From a virus (lineage: Duplodnaviria > Caudoviricetes): a stretch of DNA of 59,785 bases. Numbering within the stretch: the first letter of the stretch is position 1; each line of letters opens with the position of its first letter. The translations under genes were made by a program, and so were the position numbers. Below, in pieces: positions 37,617 to 47,947 of this stretch. Below the pieces are notes generated by a model, which searched no databases, was not told the DNA's origin, and was given only the letters and a program-made list of their open reading frames with translations. Location of the stretch: positions 1 through 59,785 of the IMG/VR virus record IMGVR_UViG_3300006169_000032; one strand, written 5' to 3'.

Positions 37617-37805
37617 TCATCGGACGTTCACCACTTCGTAGAAGTTATCTCTGGCCCATTTCTTCGCCCTTGCTACCGCGAAAATCCCTTCTACCGAGTT
37701 GATGATGCGATGGCTGCTGTACTCCAGCACCAGCGCCCCGTCCTGGACCTTCTTGATTTCCACCCAGCGGCGGTCGTCAAAGGTGTCTTCATTTAGCGTG
37801 CTCAT
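37617..37805 (-). CDS. Hypothetical protein
   Basis: GGAGGGAG RBS, overlaps thyX end. Confidence 0.55.
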   Translation of the reverse strand: MSTLNEDTFDDRRWVEIKKVQDGALVLEYSSHRIINSVEGIFAVARAKKWARDNFYEVVNVR

Positions 37806-38475
37806 TTTGCTCCCTCCATGCCTTGTATGTTATTGGCATCTGTTGGGCAAGATGTTGTTCCATCTTACCTGCTACCGCCCGAATTTCGAACATTGCGTCG
37901 TCGGCAGTTCGGAGGTCTAGGAACTGCATGAGGTTTCGGGGGTTGACTGTTGCGTAGAACGCTGTAAATAAACTAAGCGGAAGCACCATTCTGGCGACTT
38001 CCTTGGCTATCCCACAGGACAACTGATTTTGATATGCGTCCCACGCTCTCTGAGCACTAATCATGTGATAGTGCTCCACGTTTTCATACATTTCGTCGGT
38101 GCCGACCGAAAATGTATATGAGCCCACCTTTCCCGTCTGCACCAGGGCACGATTGCGGGCGGGCAGGTAGAATACCGGCTTCATTTCGGTATACCGCCCG
38201 CTGACCTCATTATAAGAAAAGGTGCGGTGTCTATGAAACTCTCTGGCCACAAACAAAGGACACTCGACCATAAAGGTGAAGGAGCCATGCTCAAACGGGC
38301 TCATATGCTTGTTACGGTACAGAAAATTAATCAGGCCCGGTACCCTACCGGACTCTTTTTCTCGTGCGTCAGCGCCCACTGTAGAGACCCATGCGGCCCT
38401 TGCTACGTCCATGTCGGAGGCGTTACTCTTCACCAGAACGACCTCGGAGTCGCTCTTGAATGTCACGTTGCTCAA
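37789..38475 (-). CDS. thyX: Flavin-dependent thymidylate synthase
   Basis: HMSPFEH, REFHRHRTFSYNEVSGRY signature, KEVARMVLP, NPRNL..FL.LR. Confidence 0.95.
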   Translation of the reverse strand: MSNVTFKSDSEVVLVKSNASDMDVARAAWVSTVGADAREKESGRVPGLINFLYRNKHMSPFEHGSFTFMVECPLFVAREFHRHRTFSYNEVSGRYTEMKPVFYLPARNRALVQTGKVGSYTFSVGTDEMYENVEHYHMISAQRAWDAYQNQLSCGIAKEVARMVLPLSLFTAFYATVNPRNLMQFLDLRTADDAMFEIRAVAGKMEQHLAQQMPITYKAWREQNEHAK

Positions 38476-38684
38476 TCTAGGTAAAACTCCATTATCTCGT
38501 ATACGTCGTCTTTGACGGTGGCGCGGAACGGGAAGTCGGTATGCCAGCGTTCGAAGCCCGGTAGGTCAACTATCCATTTCTTTGCGGTCTCGACTCGTCT
38601 TGTCACCTTGACCGGCATCATCCACTCTATGTTGTCGCCTATTCTTACTACCACGAATGCTCTGTATATCATTTCCTCAGTCAA
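38472..38684 (-). CDS. Hypothetical protein
   Basis: Coupled ORF. Confidence 0.5.
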   Translation of the reverse strand: MTEEMIYRAFVVVRIGDNIEWMMPVKVTRRVETAKKWIVDLPGFERWHTDFPFRATVKDDVYEIMEFYLD

Positions 38685-38907
38685 GGAAGTGCTCCGTGAC
38701 TACCGCCCGAATGCGGTCATAGAGGCCCACGCCGGGGTCAACCACAAGGTCACAGTTGAAGCATTGCAGAACCGGCTGGTCGCCCTGTGCTCGTGTGACA
38801 ACCTCTTCCTCACAGTAAGGACAGCGGAGAGGCTCTACAATTCCTCTCCGCGCCAGCCTGTTATACCTATGAAATACCTGAAAATCCATCACATGCGTTC
38901 TTTCCAC
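38677..38907 (-). CDS. Zn-ribbon protein
   Basis: CPYC...CFNC. Confidence 0.65.
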   Translation of the reverse strand: MERTHVMDFQVFHRYNRLARRGIVEPLRCPYCEEEVVTRAQGDQPVLQCFNCDLVVDPGVGLYDRIRAVVTEHFLD

Positions 38908-39143
38908 TGCAAGTCTTCCTTTGTCTCATCCCACTTCTGCTCGTTGCGAATGTCATACCAGAGGTTTCCTAGAATCCAAACCGATGAGAATGCGGCTAGA
39001 ATGGCAACGGCGGTCAGATAGTGCGAGCCGGTACCAATGAGGACACAAAGTCCGAACACAACGGCCATAGCAAGCACAATGCTGCCGACTGCTATTGTAG
39101 CCTTCTTCTCGGGGCTCCAGTTCTTTTCGTCAAGCCACTTCAT
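38889..39143 (-). CDS. Two-TM membrane protein
   Basis: GGAGGTG RBS; hydrophobic segments. Confidence 0.65.
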   Translation of the reverse strand: MKWLDEKNWSPEKKATIAVGSIVLAMAVVFGLCVLIGTGSHYLTAVAILAAFSSVWILGNLWYDIRNEQKWDETKEDLQWKERM

Positions 39144-39147
39144 AAAA

Positions 39148-39501
39148 TCACCTCCGATACCTCCAAGAGAAGTATAGCACATCCAACAACGGAAAGCCAG
39201 AGGCGAGCCCAGAAAATAGGTGCCAGCGGAAGTGGCCCCATTTTCCTTTGGGGATTCTTACATACATCGGCCCGGCCCAATCCTTGCTCCTAAGGTGGGT
39301 CGTGTCGGTATCGGTGGATTCCTCGATGGAATATCTTATGGGGAACGACCAGTCTCCCGGGTCGATTTTCCCGGTCCCTCCATTGCGGGTCCGGTAGTTT
39401 ATGGGGGGCTCCTGAATAGAGAAGTATACTGCTCTTGCTCCCCTCGGTCTTACTTTTTGGTCTCCCGGGACAAGCCACCCCTCAAAGCCAAACGTGTTCA
39501 T
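39148..39501 (-). CDS. Hypothetical protein
   Basis: TAATG overlap with upstream ORF. Confidence 0.45.
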   Translation of the reverse strand: MNTFGFEGWLVPGDQKVRPRGARAVYFSIQEPPINYRTRNGGTGKIDPGDWSFPIRYSIEESTDTDTTHLRSKDWAGPMYVRIPKGKWGHFRWHLFSGLASGFPLLDVLYFSWRYRR

Positions 39502-39752
39502 TAGGAGTAGCACCCCGCTTCGCTACCGCGAAAAGACGAACGACGAAGGGGACGGACTGCGTAGACATTCCACCATCCGTTCTTTTGCTTTGACTTCAGC
39601 ACCATGGCCTTGCCATTCACGAAGAAATATTTGTAGGCGGGCGCATCCATGAGGCGAATTGCGGTTTCGAAACTACCGCAGGAATAGGCGAGATAGTGTG
39701 TCTCGTGACTAGGGACGTTCAAAGGGGTTGTCTTTCTTTCCGGTCTGCTCAT
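39501..39752 (-). CDS. Hypothetical protein
   Basis: ORF in operon. Confidence 0.45.
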   Translation of the reverse strand: MSRPERKTTPLNVPSHETHYLAYSCGSFETAIRLMDAPAYKYFFVNGKAMVLKSKQKNGWWNVYAVRPLRRSSFRGSEAGCYS

Positions 39753-39839
39753 GCGCCTTGTGGTAGTGAACGTAAAGGCGCAGTCCAATATAGGTAATCA
39801 CTACGACGGCCAGCACACAGCCGATAGCAAAAGCCATGA

Positions 39840-40406
39840 TTACCTCCTAATGACAATAGTATTGTCCTTAAAGAGTTGTCCCGACGCCGCTGCGTTGGGA
39901 TGGTTTTCCAGGAACTTGCTGAGGTCAACATCACTCCACGAGGCTTCCGCCCCCGAGTGACCCACGATTGCGGTCTGACCTACAATAACAAGGGATGCAA
40001 TGACGGCAAGGACACAGACGAACGAAAGAATCATCGCCTGGGGTTCGTTGTCTCTCCAAACTCCACCGTGCTTATTAACATTCCAATGCCATTTTCTGTC
40101 CATTCCGACCATCAAAGTAACAATAATGGCAAATGGAATGAGCAGAACGAACAAAGCGGTGCCTCCTGCTGCGTGAGGGGTGGCACCGAGGCCGGGGTAG
40201 GCTGTGAGTAGGTTCCCACTCTCAACAGCAACCCAGGCAGACAGCACAGACAGCCAACTCACAATAACGAGAAGCAGGCCGTACTTGTGTCTCCATTGGG
40301 GACGAATTGCAAGGGCAATAACACCAACGGCTGTTGCAATAATGAACATGACCGTTGCGTGTACGATAAGGGGATGCAGTGGCAACCCGAAAAATTCAGC
40401 GAACAT
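39840..40406 (-). CDS. DUF2231-like membrane protein
   Basis: GLPLHPLIVHA, SG, H..GG, VGHSGA motifs, four TMs. Confidence 0.75.
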   Translation of the reverse strand: MFAEFFGLPLHPLIVHATVMFIIATAVGVIALAIRPQWRHKYGLLLVIVSWLSVLSAWVAVESGNLLTAYPGLGATPHAAGGTALFVLLIPFAIIVTLMVGMDRKWHWNVNKHGGVWRDNEPQAMILSFVCVLAVIASLVIVGQTAIVGHSGAEASWSDVDLSKFLENHPNAAASGQLFKDNTIVIRR

Positions 40407-40602
40407 ATTTCTCCATCGTATTAAATTTTGCCCCCGAGCCTCGTGTGAGAGTCGAACTCACTTCTCATGCGTACCGAGCATGTGTAATAACCAGTATACT
40501 AACGAGGCAGTTTGGTATTCCATGCCTTGTGGAAATAGTGAACGAGGGTCGCTATTCCTCCGAGTATCAGAAGAACAACAACAATCCATACGAGCCAGTC
40601 CA

Positions 40603-41079
40603 CTATTTCTTTTTTCTAGTCTTTCTTGGCTTGGGCCGGTATTCCTGTGGGCTCTCCCACTTCACATACAGAGTAAGCCATAGGGTGAATTCGAACGTTG
40701 CTTTTCTTCGCTTGCGTACCTTTATCAAGGTTCCACTGAGGAAATCAACTGCTACCGGCTCCTGGCCACGCTTCTTGCTTCCGTTGAAGGCTCTCAGAAG
40801 TGGGTCGGTAGTACCGGTGTCACCATTCTCTATAACATCAGCAAGGTCATACCTCGCCTGCTCAAACAGCAACTTCCATACGGTGTCATCGTCCCCTGAC
40901 AGAACCAGACCTTCCTCTATTTCGAAGTCCAGTCTAAGACGAGCCACAGACTCGTTTGGGTCCAGGGCACCGATGTAGTATCGGTGTCTTTCCCCTGAGT
41001 CCTTGATGTACGTCTGTCCCTCTGGGGTCTCTTTTAGGTTGTTCCTAAACTCTTCTAGTGCATTGTCTAATAGTTCCAT
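40603..41079 (-). CDS. Hypothetical protein
   Basis: 158-aa ORF with basic tail. Confidence 0.65.
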   Translation of the reverse strand: MELLDNALEEFRNNLKETPEGQTYIKDSGERHRYYIGALDPNESVARLRLDFEIEEGLVLSGDDDTVWKLLFEQARYDLADVIENGDTGTTDPLLRAFNGSKKRGQEPVAVDFLSGTLIKVRKRRKATFEFTLWLTLYVKWESPQEYRPKPRKTRKKK

Positions 41080-41528
41080 AGCGAGCCAGATAAGAGAATC
41101 GAACTCTTCTTTCTTCTTTACGAGAGAAGTGTAATATCCACTATACTAATCTGGCGTGGAGGCGGGGGGCTGACTTAAACAACCCACAGGCACTAAATCA
41201 GAGTGCCATGCTATCGTTACATCACCCGCCACGGTACCTCCATGGTACCATACCGGGCGGTAGGTGTCAAGGTGAGTTGAACCGTCATCTACTTTATTCT
41301 TAGTAAGTAGCATAGTCCCTGGTATATCTAGGTATATATATAGATACCCCGGAAACTCCTGTAGTTTAGGGTACCGGACTTTGCCTTAGATGTCAAGTTG
41401 ACGAATATCGGAAAACTTTACCTAGGGGCTGGCGTTAGGAATCCAGGTCTGCTATCATGGAGGAACAACCAGCGAAAAAATCATGGTAAATCAGGCTACC
41501 AAAGGGTAGTCCAGGGAGGTTATTTTCT

Positions 41529-43445
41529 TTGTCGGAATATCTGGCGAATGACTATTCATATTTCATTCACACTAGCAAGTATGCACGCTGGCGCGACGAC
41601 CTGGGACGCAGGGAAACGTGGGAAGAAACAGTTGCGCGATACATAGATTTTGTGACCGATTCCGTCAGAGAGCGTTACGGGGCAGACCTGTCCGAGTATA
41701 GGCTGTCCGATGCCATCCTGTCAACCAAGGCGATGCCGTCAATGAGAGGGCTCATGACGGCTGGACCGGCCCTGAAAAGGGACTCGACCTGCATTTACAA
41801 CTGCTCATATCTTCCGGTTGACTCTCTTCGTTCATTCGATGAGACGATGTATATTCTCATGTGTGGCACGGGGGTCGGGTACTCTGTTGAGAACAAGTAT
41901 GTTTCCCAACTTCCGACTCTACCGGCCAGTCTGGAAGACACAGACCACGTTATTGTTGTAGATGACTCCAAGGCAGGATGGGCTGCCGCCTACCGGCAAC
42001 TTCTCCACATGCTTTGGGAAGGCGTAATTCCTACCTGGGATATGTCCCAGGTGCGTCCAGCGGGCGCGAGGCTGAAGACTTTTGGCGGGAGAGCATCAGG
42101 CCCAGAGCCACTAGACGCTCTTTTTCATTTTACGGTAGATATTGTCAGGAATGCGGTAGGCCGCAAACTCCGTCCTATTGAGGCACACGACCTCATGTGT
42201 AAGGTGGCGGACATTGTTGTGGTGGGAGGCGTTCGTAGGTCAGCGATGATTTGTCTGTCTGACCTGAATGACTCAGAAATGGCGGCAGCAAAGGCCGGTA
42301 ACTGGTGGGAGACCCACCCACACCGTCGTCTTGCAAATATCAGCGCCGTGTACGAGTCAAAGCCGAGCGTAGATGTTTTCATGGAGGAATGGAAGGCGCT
42401 CTACGACTCAAAGTCTGGGGAGAGAGGAATCTTCAACCGTGAGGCTGCACGAAAAGTGGCCGGTAGCACAGGACGAAGAGACTCATCACCAGAATTCGGT
42501 ACCAACCCATGCAGTGAAATCATCCTGAGACCTTTCGGGTTCTGCAATCTTACTGAAGTCGTGGTGCGACCAGAGGACAGGCTCGCAGACTTACTCAAAA
42601 AGGTGGAGGATGCGACCGTTCTGGGCACAATCCAGAGCACATTCACCGACTTCTCTTATTTGCGGCCAATCTGGAAGGAAAACGCCGAAGATGAGAGACT
42701 TCTGGGAGTTTCCTTAACGGGACAGTTAGGCCACCCGGTTCTGCAAACCAACAGTTTCCAGGCTAAGGCATGGCTGCTGGCCCTGAAGAAGCACGCTATC
42801 AGGGTCAACGATAAGATTGCCGGTATGCTGGGAATCAACCCGGCAGCAGCAATTACCTGTGTTAAGCCGAGCGGGACGGTATCTCAGTTGGTAAACTGCT
42901 CCAGCGGAATGCACACCTGGCACGCAGAGTTCTACGCCAGGACCGTTCGTGCGGATAACAAGGACCCGCTGACCATTTTCATGAAGGATGCGGGTGTCCC
43001 TTGGGAGCCGGATTTGATGGACCCCAAGAATACGACTGTGTTCACATTCCCGGTTGCTGCGCCAGAAGGGGCGGTAACCAGAAATGACCTGTCGGCGGTA
43101 GAGCACCTGGATATCTGGCTACAGTATCAGAACTACTGGACAGAACACAAGCCAAGCGTGACAATCTCGGTGAGAGAGGATGAATGGCTGGACGTGCAAG
43201 CCTGGGTATACAGAAACTTCGATGATATCTCGGGAATCTCGTTCCTGCCTCATTCCGACCACACCTACAAACAAGCACCATATCAGGAACTCACAGAGGA
43301 AGAGTACAACGACCTCTGTGCGCAGATGCCTGAAAGAATTGACTGGTCACTGCTGTCACTGTACGAGACAGAGGACGCAACCACCGGCTCGCAGGAACTT
43401 GCGTGCGTAGCGGGCCAGTGTGACCTAGTTGACATTACCAAATAG
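41529..43445 (+). CDS. nrdJ: Class II (adenosylcobalamin-dependent) ribonucleotide reductase
   Basis: RRETWEETV.RY, YNCSY, VVVGGVRRSA, TNPCSEI, CNLTE, TCVKPSGT, C-terminal CVAGQC. Confidence 0.93.
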   Translation: MSEYLANDYSYFIHTSKYARWRDDLGRRETWEETVARYIDFVTDSVRERYGADLSEYRLSDAILSTKAMPSMRGLMTAGPALKRDSTCIYNCSYLPVDSLRSFDETMYILMCGTGVGYSVENKYVSQLPTLPASLEDTDHVIVVDDSKAGWAAAYRQLLHMLWEGVIPTWDMSQVRPAGARLKTFGGRASGPEPLDALFHFTVDIVRNAVGRKLRPIEAHDLMCKVADIVVVGGVRRSAMICLSDLNDSEMAAAKAGNWWETHPHRRLANISAVYESKPSVDVFMEEWKALYDSKSGERGIFNREAARKVAGSTGRRDSSPEFGTNPCSEIILRPFGFCNLTEVVVRPEDRLADLLKKVEDATVLGTIQSTFTDFSYLRPIWKENAEDERLLGVSLTGQLGHPVLQTNSFQAKAWLLALKKHAIRVNDKIAGMLGINPAAAITCVKPSGTVSQLVNCSSGMHTWHAEFYARTVRADNKDPLTIFMKDAGVPWEPDLMDPKNTTVFTFPVAAPEGAVTRNDLSAVEHLDIWLQYQNYWTEHKPSVTISVREDEWLDVQAWVYRNFDDISGISFLPHSDHTYKQAPYQELTEEEYNDLCAQMPERIDWSLLSLYETEDATTGSQELACVAGQCDLVDITK

Positions 43446-43454
43446 CCGCAGCGT

Positions 43455-43500
43455 AGGCAGGCTCTCCGAGTTTGACTCGGAGGGCTTCTGCTTTTATAAT
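43455..43500 (+). promoter_or_regulatory. Terminator hairpin overlapping promoter
   Basis: CTCCGAGT-TTG-ACTCGGAG; TTGACT 43472-43477, 17 bp, TATAAT 43495-43500. Confidence 0.75.
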
Positions 43501-43517
43501 GGTAATGGAGGTGTAAA

Positions 43518-44201
43518 ATGTCAGGACCATATGATAGACTTTGGTGGCACGGAGAAAGATTCAACCGTCGCACCGTAAACATGCTGAAGGCAGCGGAGAA
43601 GCGATATGGCGGTCCATTCACCTATTACCAGGGTTCGTACAACTCAGGGGTAAGCGCATCAGCAGGCACGCACGATGGAGGCGGTGCCGTTGACTTGTGG
43701 GTGTGGAATGACCCGAACCGCGCAGTGAAGGCCCTCAGAAATGTTGGGTTCGCAGCATGGAACAGAACCGGAAGGGGAGACTGGACACCGCACATTCACG
43801 CAATCGCCATCGGTGACAAGCAAATGTCAAGTGGTGCCCGCCAGCAGGTGCAGGACTACTACAACGGATATGACGGGCTGGCCGGTAGTGGTAGAGACTA
43901 CCACCCACGTCCAAACCCAATTCCTGTGTGGGGAAAGAATGTCGGCGTATCAAGAGAGCCCAAGAAGGTTAACTGGTATGTCATCAAGCGCCAGTTGGCG
44001 GCAAAGACCCCCACTCACAAGTGGGCGGTACGCCAGTTGCAGCGCGAACTCAACAAGCAGGGATACCATCTGCTTATTGACGGTAAGGCTGGACCTAAGA
44101 CGAGGGCGGCATTCAAGAAGTACCGCGAAAACCACAACCTAGGCCCATTCAACGCCGGAAGAAAACTTTTGCTTCCGAACTTCCGCGCTGTAAGACCATA
44201 A
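43518..44201 (+). CDS. Endolysin-like peptidase with peptidoglycan-binding domain
   Basis: SAGTHDGGGAVD...PHIH Zn-peptidase-like motif; VRQLQREL..GY.L.IDG.AGP.T PG-binding motif. Confidence 0.75.
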   Translation: MSGPYDRLWWHGERFNRRTVNMLKAAEKRYGGPFTYYQGSYNSGVSASAGTHDGGGAVDLWVWNDPNRAVKALRNVGFAAWNRTGRGDWTPHIHAIAIGDKQMSSGARQQVQDYYNGYDGLAGSGRDYHPRPNPIPVWGKNVGVSREPKKVNWYVIKRQLAAKTPTHKWAVRQLQRELNKQGYHLLIDGKAGPKTRAAFKKYRENHNLGPFNAGRKLLLPNFRAVRP

Positions 44202-44214
44202 GTGGTATAATGTA

Positions 44215-44303
44215 GATAGCCGAGTCCTCGGCAGCGTCCTAGACGCCTGAGTGCAGAGGGTGGCTGTAGTTACCGGGCTGGCCCAGACTTGCGTCTGGGC
44301 TTT
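44215..44303 (+). ncRNA. Candidate small structured RNA
   Basis: Between TATAAT (44206-44211) and terminator hairpin 44281-44303; nested stems, no ORF. Confidence 0.4.
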
Positions 44304-44323
44304 GCTCGTTATATAATGACCTT

Positions 44324-45943
44324 ATGAGTTTCAAAGAAACAGCCCTGAAGGAAAGACCTTTAGGCTTGTGGATGCTGGATGACACCACTCCGCTACAGGA
44401 CTATTCGGGATTCAACAGAACAGCAACCACGGCAGGCACAATCGCTCAGCACCCCGCCCTTGTCACAGGAGCGGCCTATGCCAGCATTTTCAGCAACACC
44501 GCTACCGCCTCTTTTTCCTCGCCGGTATTCGTGCAGGGCAAAGAGGCTCAGCCGTTCACCCTGGAAGCCTGGATACTCCCCCTTGCCGGAACGGCATTTG
44601 AGCAGAAGATTCTCAGCCATGCCACTGCCTATGACGGAATTGTTCTAGAGGGTACCAACATTGCTTTTACAACCCAGTATTCCACTACCGGCGAATCCAT
44701 TACTGTATTTGATATCGGCAGGTCAAGGGCGGTACATGTGGTGGGAGTGCACACCCTAGAGAAGAACTCCCTTTTCGTCGACGGTCAACTGGTAGATGAA
44801 ATGGAGATAGACGACTTGCAGCAGGCTGACACCTACGCCGCCACCGGCAACCTCGTCACAGGAACCACCACAGGGACTCAGAACGTCGCGGTAAATGGAG
44901 TGGCGGTCTACTCCTATGCCCTCAGTCCCCAGCAAATTCTGGACCATTTTGAGGTCGGTAGAGACGTTGTTCTAGCAGACCAGATACCAGAGGGATACGA
45001 CGCAGTAAGAATGCCGATATACTCAGAAGAGGCAGATATATTCTCACAGGCCGTCTACGACACGGGAGACGAGTGGAACACCGGCATTCGAACGAACACG
45101 GAAATCGTGGACGGAATTCTGGTTCCTCAGTTCGATGAGAATGACACAAGCCTGGCCGGTACTTGGCTGGACTCATTTTTGTTAGACGTAGCGGGAACAA
45201 CCTCAGTCTACGGAGTCACCGTGGATTGGGAGGCCGCTGGAGCCACCATTGAGGTTTCCGTGGACGGAACCACATGGATTGTCCCACAGAAGAACAAGAT
45301 GATTTCCATTGTTCCCAACGGTTATGACCCAACCGACAAGGTTCTGGACCTCAGAGTAACCTTCCCAGGCGGAATTTTGGAAGACGAGTCCAATGTATCA
45401 AAACTGACAGTAACCGGATTCCTGTCGAATGTCATGACCTCCATGCCCAACAGGGTTGTCACTTTGGGTACCCCGGCTGTACCTGGAATAGATGCCGAGC
45501 CAATCGAGTATAGGGAAGACGCTGGAGTCAACCTGGCGGGCGGTAGTCTGACTATTGGTCCCGACACAGCAGACGAGCCAATACAATCACGTACAATAGA
45601 GATGTGGGTAAAGAGAGGGGCCAGCCTTAGCATCCCAGCGGGCGGTACGACCTATGTGAACGGCGTTGCTGGTGCCCTCCCAACGACAGCAGGACGCTGG
45701 TCCCTGGTGCATATTACATTCGCCTCTCCTTTTACCACCAACATTGTCATATCAGGAGACTCTATCGTCTCCAATGTTGTGCTCTACGAGGCTGCTCTTT
45801 CTACGGCTGACATGCTGGCCGTTCTGGCTTCATATACAGGAAGGCCGGTATCTACAATCAGCGATACCGGCTCGATTGCAGTAACATCCGCTGACTCAGC
45901 CCTGATATATGCACACGACTGGAACATTACCCCGACAGGATGA
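44324..45943 (+). CDS. LamG/concanavalin-like virion (minor tail) protein
   Basis: PLGLW.LD, FTLEAWI, HVVGV...LFVDG, VAVY..ALS..QI..H. Confidence 0.8.
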   Translation: MSFKETALKERPLGLWMLDDTTPLQDYSGFNRTATTAGTIAQHPALVTGAAYASIFSNTATASFSSPVFVQGKEAQPFTLEAWILPLAGTAFEQKILSHATAYDGIVLEGTNIAFTTQYSTTGESITVFDIGRSRAVHVVGVHTLEKNSLFVDGQLVDEMEIDDLQQADTYAATGNLVTGTTTGTQNVAVNGVAVYSYALSPQQILDHFEVGRDVVLADQIPEGYDAVRMPIYSEEADIFSQAVYDTGDEWNTGIRTNTEIVDGILVPQFDENDTSLAGTWLDSFLLDVAGTTSVYGVTVDWEAAGATIEVSVDGTTWIVPQKNKMISIVPNGYDPTDKVLDLRVTFPGGILEDESNVSKLTVTGFLSNVMTSMPNRVVTLGTPAVPGIDAEPIEYREDAGVNLAGGSLTIGPDTADEPIQSRTIEMWVKRGASLSIPAGGTTYVNGVAGALPTTAGRWSLVHITFASPFTTNIVISGDSIVSNVVLYEAALSTADMLAVLASYTGRPVSTISDTGSIAVTSADSALIYAHDWNITPTG

Positions 45944-45996
45944 GGTTTTTGTCTCCACAATTGGACATTTAGAAGTCCCTGTGCTATATTGATAAC

Positions 45997-46347
45997 ATGC
46001 CAAATGCAAGATATATTCAAGAGGTCCCCTACGGCACCTACGTATGGGAAATGCCTGACGGCAGATGGGTCGCTGACGACCAGGGAAACTACATGGGAAT
46101 CTTCTGTATGCAGAATGATGCCAAGGCGGTAGCCCAACTCGTCCAGGCGGCGAGAGCACACGGAATCCGCACAGGAAAGCCGGTATTCCTCGATGGTGCC
46201 CGCCAGATAGACGACGAGGAATACGAACATCAGAAACAGCGAATGGCCTGGGGACTAATCCCCGACCCACAGGACGCTGCCGCGCTAGCGGAGGAAAGGA
46301 GAGCACGAGAAATTGACCGCGACGGTCGTAGACGAGGACGACAGTGA
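45997..46347 (+). CDS. Conserved hypothetical protein upstream of portal
   Basis: YVWEMPDG.W..DD.GN, GLIPD motifs. Confidence 0.7.
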   Translation: MPNARYIQEVPYGTYVWEMPDGRWVADDQGNYMGIFCMQNDAKAVAQLVQAARAHGIRTGKPVFLDGARQIDDEEYEHQKQRMAWGLIPDPQDAAALAEERRAREIDRDGRRRGRQ

Positions 46348-47947
46348 CGTAAATGGCCGGGTAGTCGAAAGGACATACCTCAGCCCAGCCCACCCACCGG
46401 GTGAGTTCACCAGCCCCTCCAAAGACCCATTCGCCAAAGACGTATCAGAAATCAAGCGTCTTGGCGGGCTCTCCGCTACCACGAAGCGCAGAATGACCAA
46501 CCAAATCAACAAGTTCCACCGAGGGGCGGAAGGTGTTGAGTCGAAGAAGGTCGAAACAAACGAAATCAGCGGCTACAACGCATTCCAGGTTGTGCTGCCA
46601 CCCTACAACCTTGACTATCTGGCCAAGGTTTATGTCATGTCCGCTCCCCACTACTCCGCTGTCAACGCAAAGGTTTCCAACATCGTCGGGCTGGGGTACA
46701 CCCTGGTCGAGACGACCAAGACCAAGAGAGCAATCGAAGACCTAGAGGGAAACAGCGACAAACTGGCAAAGTTCAACAAGAAACTCAACCGTGCCAAGGA
46801 AGACCTCATGCAGAGGATAGACGACTGGCACGAGGAAGACACATTCACAGAGACACTTATCAAAGTATGGAGAGACTATGAGGCAACTGGCAACGGCTAT
46901 CTCGAAATTGGCCGCACGAATCGCGGTGACATTGGTTATGTGGGTCATATTCCTGCGACTACTGTACGTATCCGCAAAGAAAGGGATGGCTTCGTTCAAA
47001 TCATCAGCAACAAGGCGGTATTCTTCCGCAACTTCGGGGACACAAAGACTTCCGACCCTATTGGTGGTGACGGAAGCCCCAACGAAATCATCCATATAAA
47101 GAAGTACAACCCGACCAACGGATTCTATGGGGTACCGGACATTGTTGCGGCCATTGACGCCATTGCCGGAAACAAGTTCGCGGCCACCTACAACCTCGAC
47201 TATTTCGAGAACAAGGCGGTACCGCGTCACCTTATCACCCTGAAGAACTCAACGTTGTCAACCAGCGCAATCCAGAACCTTATGGAGTTCTTTGAGGTAG
47301 GACTGAAAGGCAAGAACCACAGGAGCCTGTTCATCCCGCTGCCAGCGGACAACGACAAGGAAAAGGTAGAGTTCAAGATTGAGCCTATCGAGACCAACGT
47401 TCAGGACTCGTCATTCAACAACTACCGAAAGACAAATTTTGAGGATATCTTGCAGGTTCACAGAGTGCCACCGACAAAGACGGGAACTCCTGGCAATCTC
47501 TCCCTGGCTGCCGCCCGCGACCTGGACAAGACATTCAAGGAACAGGTCTGCAACCCAGAGCAGAAGATTTTCGAGAAGAAGGTCAACAGGATTCTGAAGG
47601 AACTCACCGACATTTTCCAGTTCAAGTTGAACGAACTGACCCTCACCGATGAAGACACCCAGAGTAAGATTTACGAGCGGGCGGTAAGGAACGGATGGAT
47701 TCTGGTCAACGAGGCTCGTGCAGAGCAAGGTCGTCCGCCAGTCAAGGGCGGCGACAAGATGGGTGGCGCAATGGCCACAATTGCTGAAGAGGCAAACAAG
47801 CAGAAGGAAAAGGCGGCCCAGCAGCAGGCCGAGGTACGAGCCCAGACAGCACAGTCCCGCACCAGGGACGCCGACAGAAGCGCAAACGCATCGGACTCAA
47901 ACTCAGAAGCCAGAAACGAACAAGGGGCCGGTAGACAACAGGCATGA
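46313..47947 (+). CDS. Portal protein
   Basis: DYEATGNGYLE, HIPA..VR, NEIIH.K, YGVPD, YFEN.A.P, HRVPP, NEAR. Confidence 0.92.
   Translation: MTATVVDEDDSDVNGRVVERTYLSPAHPPGEFTSPSKDPFAKDVSEIKRLGGLSATTKRRMTNQINKFHRGAEGVESKKVETNEISGYNAFQVVLPPYNLDYLAKVYVMSAPHYSAVNAKVSNIVGLGYTLVETTKTKRAIEDLEGNSDKLAKFNKKLNRAKEDLMQRIDDWHEEDTFTETLIKVWRDYEATGNGYLEIGRTNRGDIGYVGHIPATTVRIRKERDGFVQIISNKAVFFRNFGDTKTSDPIGGDGSPNEIIHIKKYNPTNGFYGVPDIVAAIDAIAGNKFAATYNLDYFENKAVPRHLITLKNSTLSTSAIQNLMEFFEVGLKGKNHRSLFIPLPADNDKEKVEFKIEPIETNVQDSSFNNYRKTNFEDILQVHRVPPTKTGTPGNLSLAAARDLDKTFKEQVCNPEQKIFEKKVNRILKELTDIFQFKLNELTLTDEDTQSKIYERAVRNGWILVNEARAEQGRPPVKGGDKMGGAMATIAEEANKQKEKAAQQQAEVRAQTAQSRTRDADRSANASDSNSEARNEQGAGRQQA

Noticed and set aside
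41300-41528. NrdR boxes or cobalamin riboswitch upstream of nrdJ
   Set aside because: AT-rich palindromes do not convincingly fit the NrdR consensus; no B12-box seen.
45997-46347. Terminase small subunit by position before portal
   Set aside because: No recognisable motif and no large terminase in the window; left as hypothetical.
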